From an uncultured delta proteobacterium (GTDB lineage: Bacteria > Desulfobacterota > Binatia > HRBIN30 > BPIQ01), in assembly GCA_963761335.1 (NCBI GenBank), contig CAVXGR010000018.1, positions 960,001 through 1,024,000 of the forward strand: a stretch of 64,000 nucleotides of DNA. Direction: 5' to 3'. Shown here in pieces: positions 1 through 9,963 of this stretch (position 1 is its first letter; the number at the start of each line of letters is the position of its first letter). Under the pieces are notes generated by a model, which saw only the letters and a list, made by a program, of their open reading frames with translations, had not been told where the DNA came from and did not search any database. A program made the translations under genes and the position numbers.

Positions 1-2
1 AG

Positions 3-230
3 ATCGCCGCGGCGCTGCGCGACGCGATCCTGAAGCAGATCCCCGATGCCAAGGTCGAAGTGAAGCCGGCCAGCCCGGGCCATTTCGAGATCAACGTCAC
101 CTCCGGCGTGTTTGACGGCAAGTCACGGGTGCAGCAGCAACAGCTGGTATACGGAGCCATCGCCAATCTCATGCAGGGCGAGGACGCCCCGGTGCACGCC
201 GTCGACCGCATGCGCATCGCGGTCGCCTGA
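3..230 (+). CDS. BolA/IbaG family protein (5'-partial)
   Basis: Frame 3 reads ...GHFEINVTSGVFDGKSRVQQQQLVYGAIANLMQGEDAPVHAV..., a BolA-like signature; TGA at 228-230. Confidence 0.8.
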   Translation: MAAALRDAILKQIPDAKVEVKPASPGHFEINVTSGVFDGKSRVQQQQLVYGAIANLMQGEDAPVHAVDRMRIAVA

Positions 231-331
231 GGCCGGAGTCGAAAGAGTAGGGGAGGCGTCCCGCCTCTTCTCTTCCGGAGCGGTGGGTTCGAATCCCTCG
301 CCGAGGGTCGGATGCCGGGAGGATCACCCGT

Positions 332-739
332 ATGAGCGCAAATGCAGAACGGCTTCGACGTTTGTTTGCAGACCTGGCGCGCCTCGACTTCGCGGCGGTC
401 GTCGGGCATTGCAGCGATGACTGCGTGTACGAGGACGTGCCCTTCGACGCCGCCACGGCGGTCGGCCGCGATGCCATTCGCGCCAAGCTCGAGCTCGGGC
501 TGAGCACCCTGGAGCGCCTGCCCACCACCGTACACGAGCTCCTCGAGCGCGGTGACACCGCGATGGTCGAGCGCACCGAGGTATGGCATCACCGCACCGG
601 GGAGCGGGCCACCCTGCGGGTCGCCGCGGTCTTCAAGTTTCGCGGCGGCGAAATCTGTCTGTGGCGCGATTACTGGGATGCGCGAACCCTGTTCGCGCAG
701 CAGCCGGCCAGCTGGCTTCCGGACCTGCCGCGCAGCTGA
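332..739 (+). CDS. Limonene-1,2-epoxide hydrolase / SnoaL (NTF2-like) family protein
   Basis: Motifs VYEDVP, VERTE and WRDYWD; GGAGG RBS upstream. Confidence 0.8.
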   Translation: MSANAERLRRLFADLARLDFAAVVGHCSDDCVYEDVPFDAATAVGRDAIRAKLELGLSTLERLPTTVHELLERGDTAMVERTEVWHHRTGERATLRVAAVFKFRGGEICLWRDYWDARTLFAQQPASWLPDLPRS

Positions 740-748
740 GCCGCACCC

Positions 749-1573
749 ATGAAGCCGAGCGAGCTCAGCGGCAAGGTCGTCTACGCCGTCGGCGCCTCCA
801 TGGGCATCGGCCTGTCGATCGCCGAGAAGGCGGCCGCCTTCGGCGCCGACATCGTCGTCTTCGCCCGCCGGCGCGAGCCTCTGGAAGAGGCGGTGCGTGT
901 GCTCGGCGAGCGGCGGAGGCGCCCGCAGCAGCGCTTCGAATGGCGCCAGCTCGACGTCGGCGAGCACAGCGAGGTGATGCGCGTGATGAATGCGGCGGTG
1001 GTGGAGCTCGGTGCTCCCGATCTTCTGGTCAACTGCGCGGGAGGCGCGCAGCCGCGGCATTTCGATCGCATTCCTCGAGAGCAGCTCATGCAGACGATGC
1101 GCGTCAACCTGTTCGGCACCTGGAGCGCCATTCAGACACTTCTGCCGCACATGGAGGCGCACGGTGGGGGGCACATCGTCAACGTCTCCTCGCTCGCCGG
1201 CCTGATCGGCGTCTTCGGCTACACCGACTACTGCGCCTCGAAGTTTGCCCTCGTCGGCTTCTCGGAGGCGCTGCGCAGCGAGCTCAAGCCGCGCGGCATC
1301 GGCGTGTCGGTGCTCTGTCCGCCCGATACCGACACTCCCGGATTTGCCAAGGAGAACGAGGACAAGCCGGCCGAGACACGCGCGGTTTCGGCCAACGCCC
1401 GCGTGCTCTCTGCGGAGCAGGTCGCCGATAGCCTGTTTCGCGGCCTGGGGCGCGACAAGTTCCTCATCATCCCGGGAATCGACGGCAAGGCGGGGGCGCT
1501 GGCCAAGCGGCTCTTTCCCGGCCTGGTCGAGCGCGTCATCGATTACACCATCCGCAAGAGCCGCAAGCGCTGA
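749..1573 (+). CDS. SDR oxidoreductase, 3-ketodihydrosphingosine reductase (KDSR)-like
   Basis: GASMGIG, NCAG, YCASK and PPDTDTPGFAKEN motifs. Confidence 0.8.
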   Translation: MKPSELSGKVVYAVGASMGIGLSIAEKAAAFGADIVVFARRREPLEEAVRVLGERRRRPQQRFEWRQLDVGEHSEVMRVMNAAVVELGAPDLLVNCAGGAQPRHFDRIPREQLMQTMRVNLFGTWSAIQTLLPHMEAHGGGHIVNVSSLAGLIGVFGYTDYCASKFALVGFSEALRSELKPRGIGVSVLCPPDTDTPGFAKENEDKPAETRAVSANARVLSAEQVADSLFRGLGRDKFLIIPGIDGKAGALAKRLFPGLVERVIDYTIRKSRKR

Positions 1574-1777
1574 GGCGCCGCCGCCTCGCCGGCGTTCGGT
1601 TTTCGCGGCGCTGGGCCGCATCGGCGAATTTACCTGCCGTTTTGAAAAATCGGCCATCCGGGGATTTCACCCCGAGCGCATACGCGGTGTAACGCAACCC
1701 TGTGGCTATTCCGCTGCTGGCACGCATCCGGCAGGAAGTCGGAAAGACAATCGATCACCACAAGAAGGAGGGTTGCG

Positions 1778-2635
1778 ATGAAAAGACCATTCAGTCTCGC
1801 ATTGGCTGCCGTTTTCGCGGTCGGCCTGACGACCGCCGCTTTTGCCACTGACCCGGCGTCGAACACCGGAGACAGCGGCAATGCGGTGGAGCACGCCGCC
1901 CAGGGCACCGGAAATGCGGCCGAAGGGGCGTATGACGCCACCAAGCAGGGCGTCAAGGAGGGCGCCGCGGCGACAGGAGATGCGGCCCAGGCGGCCGGCC
2001 ACGCGATCAAAGAGGGCGCCATGGCAACCGGGCATGCGGTGAAGGGTGCGGCTGAGGCCACGGGCGACGCCATAGGCAACGCCGCCGAGGCGACCGGAAA
2101 CGCCCTCGGCATCACCGGCAAGGACGAGACTGCGGCGCAGGCAAACGAGAATAAGATGTACGAGGGCCATGAGCAGGCCGAGCATGAGATGACCGGCAAG
2201 ATCATGGCCATCGATGGGAAGCTCGGTCTCGTGAGCCTTCGCAGTGACGGACACGATCTGCGCCTGCAGTTCCCCCGTGACCAGGTGAGCTCGCTGAAGA
2301 AGGGGCAGCAGATCACCGTGCAGCTCGCGTATGCGCAGGCGCAGAGTCGGACGACGATGGCGGGCGACGTTCCCGAGCAGAAGGGCGAGAACGAGACGAT
2401 CAAGGGCGCGCCGGCGCGGGGTGAGCACTGGGTCACCGGCAAGGTAACCAGCGTCAACCACGGCACCGGCATCGTCGACCTGCGGACCACCGAGACCACT
2501 CTCAGGCTGCACTTTCCGCCCAACAAGCTAAGCAACGTGCAGAAGGGGCAGAAGCTGGCGGTGGAGATGGCGTTCGCGGATACCGCCGGAATGCAGAAGC
2601 CGAACGAGAACGAGGATCCGAACGACGAGGAGTGA
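1778..2635 (+). CDS. Secreted hypothetical protein with Ala/Gly 11-mer-like repeats and two tandem small beta-barrel-like repeats
   Basis: Signal peptide (MKRPFSLALAAVFAVGLTTAAFA), strong AAGGAGG RBS, internal repeats. Confidence 0.75.
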   Translation: MKRPFSLALAAVFAVGLTTAAFATDPASNTGDSGNAVEHAAQGTGNAAEGAYDATKQGVKEGAAATGDAAQAAGHAIKEGAMATGHAVKGAAEATGDAIGNAAEATGNALGITGKDETAAQANENKMYEGHEQAEHEMTGKIMAIDGKLGLVSLRSDGHDLRLQFPRDQVSSLKKGQQITVQLAYAQAQSRTTMAGDVPEQKGENETIKGAPARGEHWVTGKVTSVNHGTGIVDLRTTETTLRLHFPPNKLSNVQKGQKLAVEMAFADTAGMQKPNENEDPNDEE

Positions 2636-2687
2636 CACGACGCGGCGTTGCCGTGATCAGCGAGCGCGGACTCGCTCTGCGCTCGAA

Positions 2688-2722
2688 GGGGCGGGGCCCA
2701 AAAGGCCCCGCCCTCTCTCTTT
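2688..2722. terminator. Intrinsic terminator-like hairpin between convergent genes
   Basis: GGGCGGGGCC-CAAAA-GGCCCCGCCC followed by a pyrimidine run. Confidence 0.6.
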
Positions 2723-2734
2723 GGAGGCCGCCCT

Positions 2735-3616
2735 TCAGCCGATGGCGCTTCGCCAGCGCGCCACCGCCTCGCCGATCTCGTCCGGCGAATCCTCCTGCAC
2801 GAAATGGATGCCCTTCACCGTCACCTCTGTCTGGGCCGGCCAGCTGCGACAGAAGTCGCGTGCCGCCCCCCGCAGGATGGCTCCCGGCTCGGCATTGATG
2901 AAGAGCTTCGGCAGGGGCGCCGAGCGCAGCCATTCGCCGTAGTCGCGGGCGATGGCGGTCACATCCTCCGGTACGCCCTCGATGGGAATCTCGCGCGGCC
3001 AGGTGAGGGTAGGGCGCCGGCTCTCCCCGGGCTCGATGAAAGGCCGCCGGTAGACGGCCATCTCCTCGTCCGTTAGCTTGCGCATGACGGCGCCGGGCAG
3101 AACCTGCTCGACGAAGGCGTTCTGCTCGAGGATCAGCTTCTCGCCCGCGGCTGAGCGGAAGGCCTCGAACACCGGCCGCACCGCCTTCGGCCACTGCTCC
3201 CAGGTGAGCGGCATGACGATCGCCTCCATGTAGGCGATGCCGCGGACGGCGGCGGCATGGCGCCGCGCCCAGTCGAAGCCGAGGGCGGACCCCCAATCGT
3301 GCACCACCAGGGTGACGCGCTGGCGCACCTCGAGATGCTCGAGCAGGCCATCGAGGTAGCGGCGATGCTCGACGAAGCGATAGCCGTCGGGGCCGCTGTC
3401 GTCGAGCTTCTCCGAATCGCCCATGCCGATCAGGTCGGGGGCGATACAGCGCCCGGCGCCTTGCAGATGCGGAATGACGTTGCGCCAGAGATAGGACGAG
3501 GTGGGGTTGCCGTGGAGAAAGACGATTGGATCGCCCTCTCCAACCTCCACGTAGGCCATCGTCTTCCCGTGGACGCCGGCGCGCTTCTTCGAGTACCGCT
3601 CGGCAGCTGAGATCAT
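2735..3616 (-). CDS. Haloalkane dehalogenase (alpha/beta hydrolase)
   Basis: [38 protein letters not shown]; start set at MISAAERY. Confidence 0.9.
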   Translation of the reverse strand: MISAAERYSKKRAGVHGKTMAYVEVGEGDPIVFLHGNPTSSYLWRNVIPHLQGAGRCIAPDLIGMGDSEKLDDSGPDGYRFVEHRRYLDGLLEHLEVRQRVTLVVHDWGSALGFDWARRHAAAVRGIAYMEAIVMPLTWEQWPKAVRPVFEAFRSAAGEKLILEQNAFVEQVLPGAVMRKLTDEEMAVYRRPFIEPGESRRPTLTWPREIPIEGVPEDVTAIARDYGEWLRSAPLPKLFINAEPGAILRGAARDFCRSWPAQTEVTVKGIHFVQEDSPDEIGEAVARWRSAIG

Positions 3617-3746
3617 CGTCTCCCTCCCATGCGAATCGGTGCTGATCCTGGCTGACACGCCGCCGCCCGCGAAGCAACTGAGCCAGCGAGCCACCGAGCC
3701 ACTGACCCTTGACGAGCGCCGCCGCGACAGGGAGAAGTGCGGCTCC

Positions 3747-5501
3747 ATGACCTTTCCCGGGAGCGACAATGCGCGGCTTGGGCCGGAATCGCGGCGAGCG
3801 GCGCTCGAGCGCATGGCGGCGGAGATCTTCGACGTGGTCATCGTCGGCGGTGGTGTCACCGGTGCGGGGACGGCGCTCGACGCCGCCACCCGCGGCCTCA
3901 GCGTGGCGCTGGTGGAGCAGCGCGACTGGGCGGCGGGAACCTCGAGCCGTTCGTCCAAGCTCATTCACGGCGGCCTCCGCTATCTCGAGCAGCTCGACTT
4001 TGGCCTCGTCCGCGAGGCACTGGCGGAGCAGACGCTCATGCTGCAGCGTCTGTGCCCTCATCTGGTGCGGCCGGTGCCCTTCCTCTTCCCGCTCTCCCAC
4101 CACGTCTGGGAACGCGCTTACGTCGGCGCCGGCACGCTCCTGTACGATCTGCTCGCCGGTCGCCGCGCCTTGCCGCGACACCGCCATCTCACGCATGCGG
4201 GCGCCCTGCGGCTCTTCCCGGCTCTGCGCTCCGACCGGGTGGTGGGTGCGATCCAGTACTACGACGCGCAGATGGACGATGCGCGCCACACCATGATCCT
4301 GGCGCGCACGGCGGCCCTGTACGGCGCGGCGCTCGCCTCCAGCGCCCGCGTCGTCGGCATGCTGGAGGCGGGCAGCGGCGTCTGCGGCGTGCGCCTCCGC
4401 GACCTCGAGAGCGGCCGCGACATCGAGGTGCGGGCGCAGCGAGTGATCAATGCCACCGGCGTGTGGACCGATAAGGTGCAGGAGATGGCCGGACGCGGCC
4501 GCATCCGCGTGCGCGCCTCCAAGGGCATCCACCTGGTCGTCCCCCGCGATCGCATCCACGCCGATTCCGGCCTCATCCTGCGCACCGCCAGCAGCGTCCT
4601 CTTCGTGATTCCATGGAAGCGGCACTGGATCATCGGCACCACCGATACCGACTGGAACCTGCACCTGGCGCATCCGGCCGCCAGCCGCCGAGACATCGAC
4701 TATCTCCTGCAAACGGTGAACGCCTACCTGGCGCAACCGCTTTCGCACGCCGACATCGAGGGCGTCTATGCGGGTCTGCGACCGCTGCTGCACGGCGAGA
4801 GCGACGCCACCAGCAAGCTCTCTCGCGAGCACGCCGTCTCCCAGTCGGTGTCGGGCCTGATCACCGTCGCCGGCGGCAAGTACACGACCTATCGCATCAT
4901 GGCGCGCGACGCCGTCGACGTCGCCGTGCGCGGTCTGGATCGCCCGGTTCCGGCGTCGTGCACGCATCTCGTGCCGCTCCTCGGCGCCGACGGCTACTTC
5001 GCTTACCTGAATCGCCGCGATGACCTGGCCCGCGAGGCCGGTATCGCATTGAGCCATGTCGACCACCTTCTCGAGCGCTACGGCACCCTGGTCGCCGACC
5101 TTGTCGGGCTGATCCGCGAGCGGCCCGATCTGGCGCAGCCGCTCGACGGCGCCGAGGACTATCTGCGCGCCGAGGTGGTGTACGCCGCCTCGCACGAAGG
5201 CGCGCTGCACCTCGACGATGTGTTGACGCGGCGCACGCGCATCTCCATCGAGACCTTCGACCGCGGCGTTCAGGCGGCTCGCCCGGTGGCTGAGCTGATG
5301 GGGGAGGTGCTCGGCTGGGACGAGGCGACGCGGGCGCGAGAGATCGAGCACTACGAGGCGCGCGTCGCCGCCGAGCGCGAGTCGCAGGAGCAGCCCGACG
5401 ATCAGACCGCCGACGCGGCGCGCCTGGGCGCTCCCGACGTGCGCATGGGCGGCGCGCGCCGCGAGAGCGCGCCGGCAGCGGCGAACGTCTTTCCTGGGTG
5501 A
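3747..5501 (+). CDS. glpD: FAD-dependent glycerol-3-phosphate dehydrogenase/oxidase
   Basis: [31 protein letters not shown]. Confidence 0.9.
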   Translation: MTFPGSDNARLGPESRRAALERMAAEIFDVVIVGGGVTGAGTALDAATRGLSVALVEQRDWAAGTSSRSSKLIHGGLRYLEQLDFGLVREALAEQTLMLQRLCPHLVRPVPFLFPLSHHVWERAYVGAGTLLYDLLAGRRALPRHRHLTHAGALRLFPALRSDRVVGAIQYYDAQMDDARHTMILARTAALYGAALASSARVVGMLEAGSGVCGVRLRDLESGRDIEVRAQRVINATGVWTDKVQEMAGRGRIRVRASKGIHLVVPRDRIHADSGLILRTASSVLFVIPWKRHWIIGTTDTDWNLHLAHPAASRRDIDYLLQTVNAYLAQPLSHADIEGVYAGLRPLLHGESDATSKLSREHAVSQSVSGLITVAGGKYTTYRIMARDAVDVAVRGLDRPVPASCTHLVPLLGADGYFAYLNRRDDLAREAGIALSHVDHLLERYGTLVADLVGLIRERPDLAQPLDGAEDYLRAEVVYAASHEGALHLDDVLTRRTRISIETFDRGVQAARPVAELMGEVLGWDEATRAREIEHYEARVAAERESQEQPDDQTADAARLGAPDVRMGGARRESAPAAANVFPG

Positions 5502-5568
5502 GGCATTGCAGGGGGACGCGGGGCAACCAACCCCGATTCTCTATTTCCTACATTCCCTGGCCGCATCC

Positions 5569-6390
5569 TCAGCGAAGGTGAATCACGTTTCCGGTGACCA
5601 GCCGCGCCTCCTCCGACACCAGATAGGCGATGACCCGCGCCACCTCGTCCGGCTCGGCGATGTGGATCAGATCCGAACGTTCTTTGACGTGGCGCCGAAC
5701 CTCGTCCGTGATCCACCCCGTGTCGGTGACCGGTGGGTGCACGACATTTGCCGTGATGCCGAGGTGGACGAGCTCGAAGGCGGCCGACATCGTGTAGCTC
5801 TCGAGGGCCGCCTTCGCGGCCCCGTAGGAGACCTCGCCGGGAAAGCCGTTGGGGCCGCCGGAGGTGAGTCCGACGATACGGCCCCAATGCGTTCCTCGCT
5901 CCCCGTGCCGGCGGGCGAGCTCGGCGATCAGGGCGGCGCTGCCGCGCGCATCCACCGAGAACTGCCGCTCGAAGGTCTCGGCGGAGACGCGCGTGATCTT
6001 GCGGCCGAGCCTGTCGCGCGTCTCTGCGGAGAACGTGTCCGCCAGCCAGCCACTTGCATTGTTGACGAGAATGTCGACCGGGCCGAGCTCCGCCTCCGCC
6101 GTGTCGAACAGCCGGCTCGGCGTCTCTGAGTCGGCGAGGTCGGCTTCCAGGGCGACCGCTTGGCCACCGGAAGCGACGATCGCAGCGACGACGCGACCGG
6201 CATCCGCGGCGCGGCTGCGGCGGTAGCCCTCCGGAATCCCGGGGGCCGGTGGTTTGTCTACCCGCAGGTACGAGACCAGCACCCGCGCGCCGCACGCCGC
6301 CAGCGCCGCCGCCGTCGCGGCGCCGATGCCGTGGTTGGCGCCGGTGACCAGGGCGACGTGACCGCGGAGATCGAAAGGCGCCGGGCTCAT
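5569..6390 (-). CDS. SDR family oxidoreductase
   Basis: TGANHGIG, NNAS, YGAAK. Confidence 0.85.
   Translation of the reverse strand: MSPAPFDLRGHVALVTGANHGIGAATAAALAACGARVLVSYLRVDKPPAPGIPEGYRRSRAADAGRVVAAIVASGGQAVALEADLADSETPSRLFDTAEAELGPVDILVNNASGWLADTFSAETRDRLGRKITRVSAETFERQFSVDARGSAALIAELARRHGERGTHWGRIVGLTSGGPNGFPGEVSYGAAKAALESYTMSAAFELVHLGITANVVHPPVTDTGWITDEVRRHVKERSDLIHIAEPDEVARVIAYLVSEEARLVTGNVIHLR
5907..6214. repeat. 308-bp direct repeat, copy 1 (inside SDR gene)
   Basis: Identical by eye to 12214-12521. Confidence 0.9.
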
Positions 6391-6665
6391 GTCAGGCATA
6401 TAGCACCATGCGCGCCCCTTGGCGCGCTCCGCGATGGCCGCCCACGCCCGTGCCTTGCCGTATCTGCTCAAGCACGGGGAATATACCCGACGCGTGTTGG
6501 AGCTCTTCGACCGCGCCTTCGGCTGAGCCACTGGGAGCGCGGCATCCTGGCCGCCTCTGCTCGTCGAGATGCAGCTGCGGCCGGGACGGCGGCATTCCCA
6601 GAAGAACCCGGATGGGAGGGATCAAGGATGGCAAGCGCGCTGGATTCTCAGTAGCATCGCTCGCC

Positions 6666-7157
6666 ATGATTGCCGGCCGCTCAGACCCGGGAGGCGCTTT
6701 CAAGCGTTGGATGTACCGCGGGGGGCGGCCGCACTTGCTGGCCAGGTTGCTGAATCGGGCCTGGGCGCTCGTTGGCACCTCGGGGATCGCCTCCAACTAC
6801 GTCGTCACCCTGGAGGTGGAGGGCAGGAGGTCGGGGCGAGTGATCTCCCTGCCGCTGGTCATCGCCATCTTGGATGGCCAGCGCTACCTGGTGTCGATGC
6901 TGGGTGAGAAGGTTGCCTGGGTTCAGAATGTCCGGGCTGCGGGCGGGAGGGCGTTTCTCCGCCACGGCGGCCGCGAGGAGATTCACCTGGAGGAGGTGCC
7001 GCCCGGAGAGCGCGCCGCGATCCTGAAGGTCTACCTGCAACGAGCGCCGGGGGCGCGGCCGCACATCCCCGTCGACAAGGACGCGCCACTCTCCGACTTC
7101 GAGGCAATCGCTGCGGCGTTTCCGGTATTCCGTGTAAGCGACGGGCCAGCGGGATAG
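6666..7157 (+). CDS. Deazaflavin (F420)-dependent nitroreductase-family (Ddn-like) protein; start uncertain
   Basis: LEVEGRRSG, WVQNVRAAG and terminal FPVFRV motifs. Confidence 0.75.
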   Translation: MIAGRSDPGGAFKRWMYRGGRPHLLARLLNRAWALVGTSGIASNYVVTLEVEGRRSGRVISLPLVIAILDGQRYLVSMLGEKVAWVQNVRAAGGRAFLRHGGREEIHLEEVPPGERAAILKVYLQRAPGARPHIPVDKDAPLSDFEAIAAAFPVFRVSDGPAG

Positions 7158-7198
7158 CTCGCTGGAAACGCCTGCGGGTGCACACTCAATCTTGTTGG

Positions 7199-7258
7199 CG
7201 TCAACGCTGGCGATCAGCGGCGCGCCGCAGGCGCGGCCGCCGCAACGCCGGGTTGGGA
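7199..7258 (-). other. attC site (isolated) downstream of GNAT gene
   Basis: Minus strand TCCCAAC...imperfect palindrome...GTTGACG, about 60 bp; the GNAT stop lies inside it. Confidence 0.65.
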
Positions 7259-7705
7259 GGTGCCTGTGCGGAGCCATTGGTACTTGATGTCCTCGAGCTT
7301 CCACTTCCTCTCGAAGCCATGCTCCCCTTCCGTGAAGCCGTTGCGCTCGTAGAAGCGTCTTGCTCGTGCATTTCTAGCGAACGTGTAGAGCCAGAGGCTT
7401 CCGGAAGACTGCGCCTTCGCCAGGTTGAGTAGGTGGAGGCCGATGCCTTGCCCCACGTTCTCGACCCGAATGTACAAGGCGGCGATCGATCCGGGTGTTG
7501 AGGCGGAGAACCCAACGATGTCGCCACCCTGCTTCGCAACACGAACCGTATTGTTGGGAACGAGATCCTCCAGGAGGAACGTGATCTGCTCTTCAATCGG
7601 ATGTGGGTCAGTGATCCCGACTCCGAACTCGAAGCTGGCCCGCCACATGACGGCGAGGGGAACAGCCTCCGCGGGGTCGAAGTCTTCCACCCGAAGATCG
7701 TTCAT
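7214..7705 (-). CDS. GNAT family N-acetyltransferase (probable gene cassette)
   Basis: LYIRVENVGQGIG and NARARRFYERNGF motifs; start MNDLRVEDF. Confidence 0.85.
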   Translation of the reverse strand: MNDLRVEDFDPAEAVPLAVMWRASFEFGVGITDPHPIEEQITFLLEDLVPNNTVRVAKQGGDIVGFSASTPGSIAALYIRVENVGQGIGLHLLNLAKAQSSGSLWLYTFARNARARRFYERNGFTEGEHGFERKWKLEDIKYQWLRTGTSQPGVAAAAPAARR

Positions 7706-7743
7706 TCTGGGTACAGACAATCCTCTCCCGACTCGTCGACCTT

Positions 7744-8586
7744 TCATCTTGGACCTGGGGGAGTGAGCGGCCGGAGCAGCATCTCCTGGGCCATCGACGC
7801 GACGATCCGGCCCCCGGAGTCGCGGATCACACCGCGCAGGGTACCGCGACCGCCGGCGTTGACGAGGCTCTGCACGTCCTGGAGGAGCCACTCGTCGGCG
7901 CGGGCGAGGCGGTGGAACCAGGCGGCGTGGTCGAGGCTGATCATGCCGGTGGTGTCGCCGTGGAGGTGGAGCGGGCGGCCACCAATGCCGGTCCAGTCGG
8001 TGGCGTAGCCCAGCAGCGCCGTGTGCAGGTGCGGGTCGTCGTCGAGGGTCCTCGGCAGGCGGAACCAGTGCCGGTGCGTGGCCTCCCGGCTGCCGTCGGG
8101 TCGGATCGGGCTCGGCCCGAGCCAGCGGGCGTCCCATGCGCCGACCTCGTCGCCGGCCTCCTCCGGCTCGGGGAGCTCCTCGGGCATGGGGACGCCGTCG
8201 GGGATGCCGGAGAGGTCGTACACGTAGCCGTCGGTATCGGTCGTGAAGGAGCACGTCATGGCGACGACGTCCTTGCCGTCCTGTGACGCGGCGACGTGGT
8301 GCAGCGTAAAGGTGCGACCCGGCTTCACCACAGTGCTGCGGAACACGATCTCCTGCCCGCCGAGCACTGGTCGGAGAAAGTGGGCGTGCAGAGAGTGGAG
8401 CCGGGTTCGCGCCGGCGCCTCTGCGCATGCGGCGCTGATGGTCATCGCCAACCCGATGCCACCGAAGACCACCGGGCCGTACCAGTCTGGCGTCCGGCCG
8501 ACCCACGCGTCACCGCGGCGGGCGTAGCGGAACAGCGCGAGGAGGTCGTCGATCGCCGCCTGCCGGCGCTCATCGCGGTCGAGCAC
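7744..8586 (-). CDS. Acyl-CoA thioesterase II (TesB-like)
   Basis: VFGG, HSLHAHFLRP, SLDHAAWFHR, VASMAQE. Confidence 0.85.
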   Translation of the reverse strand: MLDRDERRQAAIDDLLALFRYARRGDAWVGRTPDWYGPVVFGGIGLAMTISAACAEAPARTRLHSLHAHFLRPVLGGQEIVFRSTVVKPGRTFTLHHVAASQDGKDVVAMTCSFTTDTDGYVYDLSGIPDGVPMPEELPEPEEAGDEVGAWDARWLGPSPIRPDGSREATHRHWFRLPRTLDDDPHLHTALLGYATDWTGIGGRPLHLHGDTTGMISLDHAAWFHRLARADEWLLQDVQSLVNAGGRGTLRGVIRDSGGRIVASMAQEMLLRPLTPPGPR

Positions 8587-8592
8587 GTCGGA

Positions 8593-9217
8593 TCAGCGCC
8601 CCCGGAACTGCGGTACGCGCTTCTCCATGATCGCCCGCACCGCTTCCTGCCCGTCCTCGCTGTTCAAGCCGGTGAGCGCGCTGCGGATCTCGTCGGTCAC
8701 CCGGGCGTCGATGTCGATGACCAGGGGTGCTCGGGCGACCAGCCGCTTCGTGCAACGCACCGCCAGCGGGGCCTGGGCGGCGATCGCGCTGCAGAAGCTC
8801 GAGCAGCCGCGCCTCGAGTTGATCGGCGGCGACGACGATGTCCGCGGCCATGGCGAGCGAGAGCCCGGCCCCGACGGCGACGCCGTTGATCCCGGCGACG
8901 ACGGGCTTGTCCGTCTCGAACCGCAGCGCCACGAGGAAGCGCCCGACCCAGCCCTTCTCGTCGAGTATCCGCTGCTGCTCCGACAACCCGGTGTCGGGCG
9001 GGTGCTCCTTGCCGCCGCCGAGGTCGAGGCCGGAGCAGAAGGCGTCGCCGTTGCCCGTCAGCGCGACGACGCGCACGTCGTCGTCGCGCTGCGCGTCGCC
9101 CAAGGCTCGCACGATCTTCCACCCGAGCGACGACGTGAGTGCGTTCTTCCGTTCCGGTCGATCGAGCCGCAGGACCCGCACGTGCTCGACGGTCTCGACG
9201 GTCAGCTCATCGGACAC
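8593..9217 (-). pseudogene. Enoyl-CoA hydratase/isomerase with internal deletion and frameshift
   Basis: AFCSGLDL and GINGVAVGAG present. The central catalytic segment is missing after ADI (~8835); the C-terminus (APLAVRCTKRL...EKRVPQFRGR*) resumes in another frame near 8797. Confidence 0.75.
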
Positions 9218-9250
9218 GCCCGCATTCTCCTCGAAAACCCTGCCGGACCC

Positions 9251-9565
9251 CTATATGGGGCAGATAAGACGCCTGTCAAACTGTCGCCGCTCCTCGGCGA
9301 AGATCGCGATGACGATCTTCGTGTCGAGCAGGAAACCTACCACTTCATCGGCATTGAGTTGCTCGTATCCCTCGTCGATGGCCTCGGCGATCAGGGCGAG
9401 ATCCTCCTCCGAGATCGTGCCCCCGAACTGGCTCAGTGCTCGGCCAGAGGGCGTCTGGTGTTTCTTCGCTGCCAGCGCCCGCGCGAACTCCAAGACCTGG
9501 CGCTGCTGCGCCGCCGGCAGCTGGTCAAGTAGCTCGCGGAGGTCCTTCTCGATGGCCGGGTTCAC
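9251..9565 (-). pseudogene. Decayed antitoxin + PIN (VapC)-type toxin cassette remnant
   Basis: AAAGGAG RBS; LDQLPAAQQRQVLEFARAL antitoxin-like sequence runs into FLLDTKIVIAIF (PIN N-terminal LDTN motif mutated), then truncates. Confidence 0.65.
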
Positions 9566-9634
9566 CGCGCGACTCCTTTGCGGGTACCTTAGCCCGGTTT
9601 CAGTGCGATCGCGAGCGCCTCGTGACGCATCTAA

Positions 9635-9731
9635 CTCTAACGTAGTGGCGCCGAGCGGCCGCGGGCCAACTCGATTGTTTCCCGAGACGTCACCCAACGT
9701 GCCCGCGGTCCGATCGCGCGCCGTGTTGAAC
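9635..9731 (-). other. attC site
   Basis: Minus strand GTTCAAC...GCGCGATCGGACCGCGGGC / GCCCGCGGCCGCTCGGCGC...GTTAGAG, 97 bp; an ORF stops just upstream at 9735. Confidence 0.75.
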
Positions 9732-9963
9732 GAATCATTGCCAAAGAAGCGGATCACTGAGGAGGCAGCGTCGCATCTCGTACAAGAATGCTTCTCGCTG
9801 TTGCTCACGGTCGAAGCCGAACGTCCACTGCGAGCTGAGGTTGAGCAGCAGAGTGGGCCAGCCAAGCCACCAATCGGCGGGCCAGGGACAATGAACCTCG
9901 TGCGCGTCCCGATGCAGAAGAGTGAAGTATATGCCCTTATCGTCAGACTCCCCGATTGGGACT

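Noticed and set aside
280..305. tRNA gene
   Set aside because: Only a T-arm-like motif; no cloverleaf or CCA, so kept as a low-interest finding only
2502..5351. 949-aa minus-strand ORF and similar long shadow ORFs (23132-25024, 25220-27304, 57779-61303)
   Set aside because: Antisense or off-frame to well-supported genes; expected in high-GC DNA; no motifs
6434..6526. 30-codon ORF MAAHARALPYLLKHGEYTRRVLELFDRAFG, possibly a gene tail
   Set aside because: Too short to support; at most a remnant
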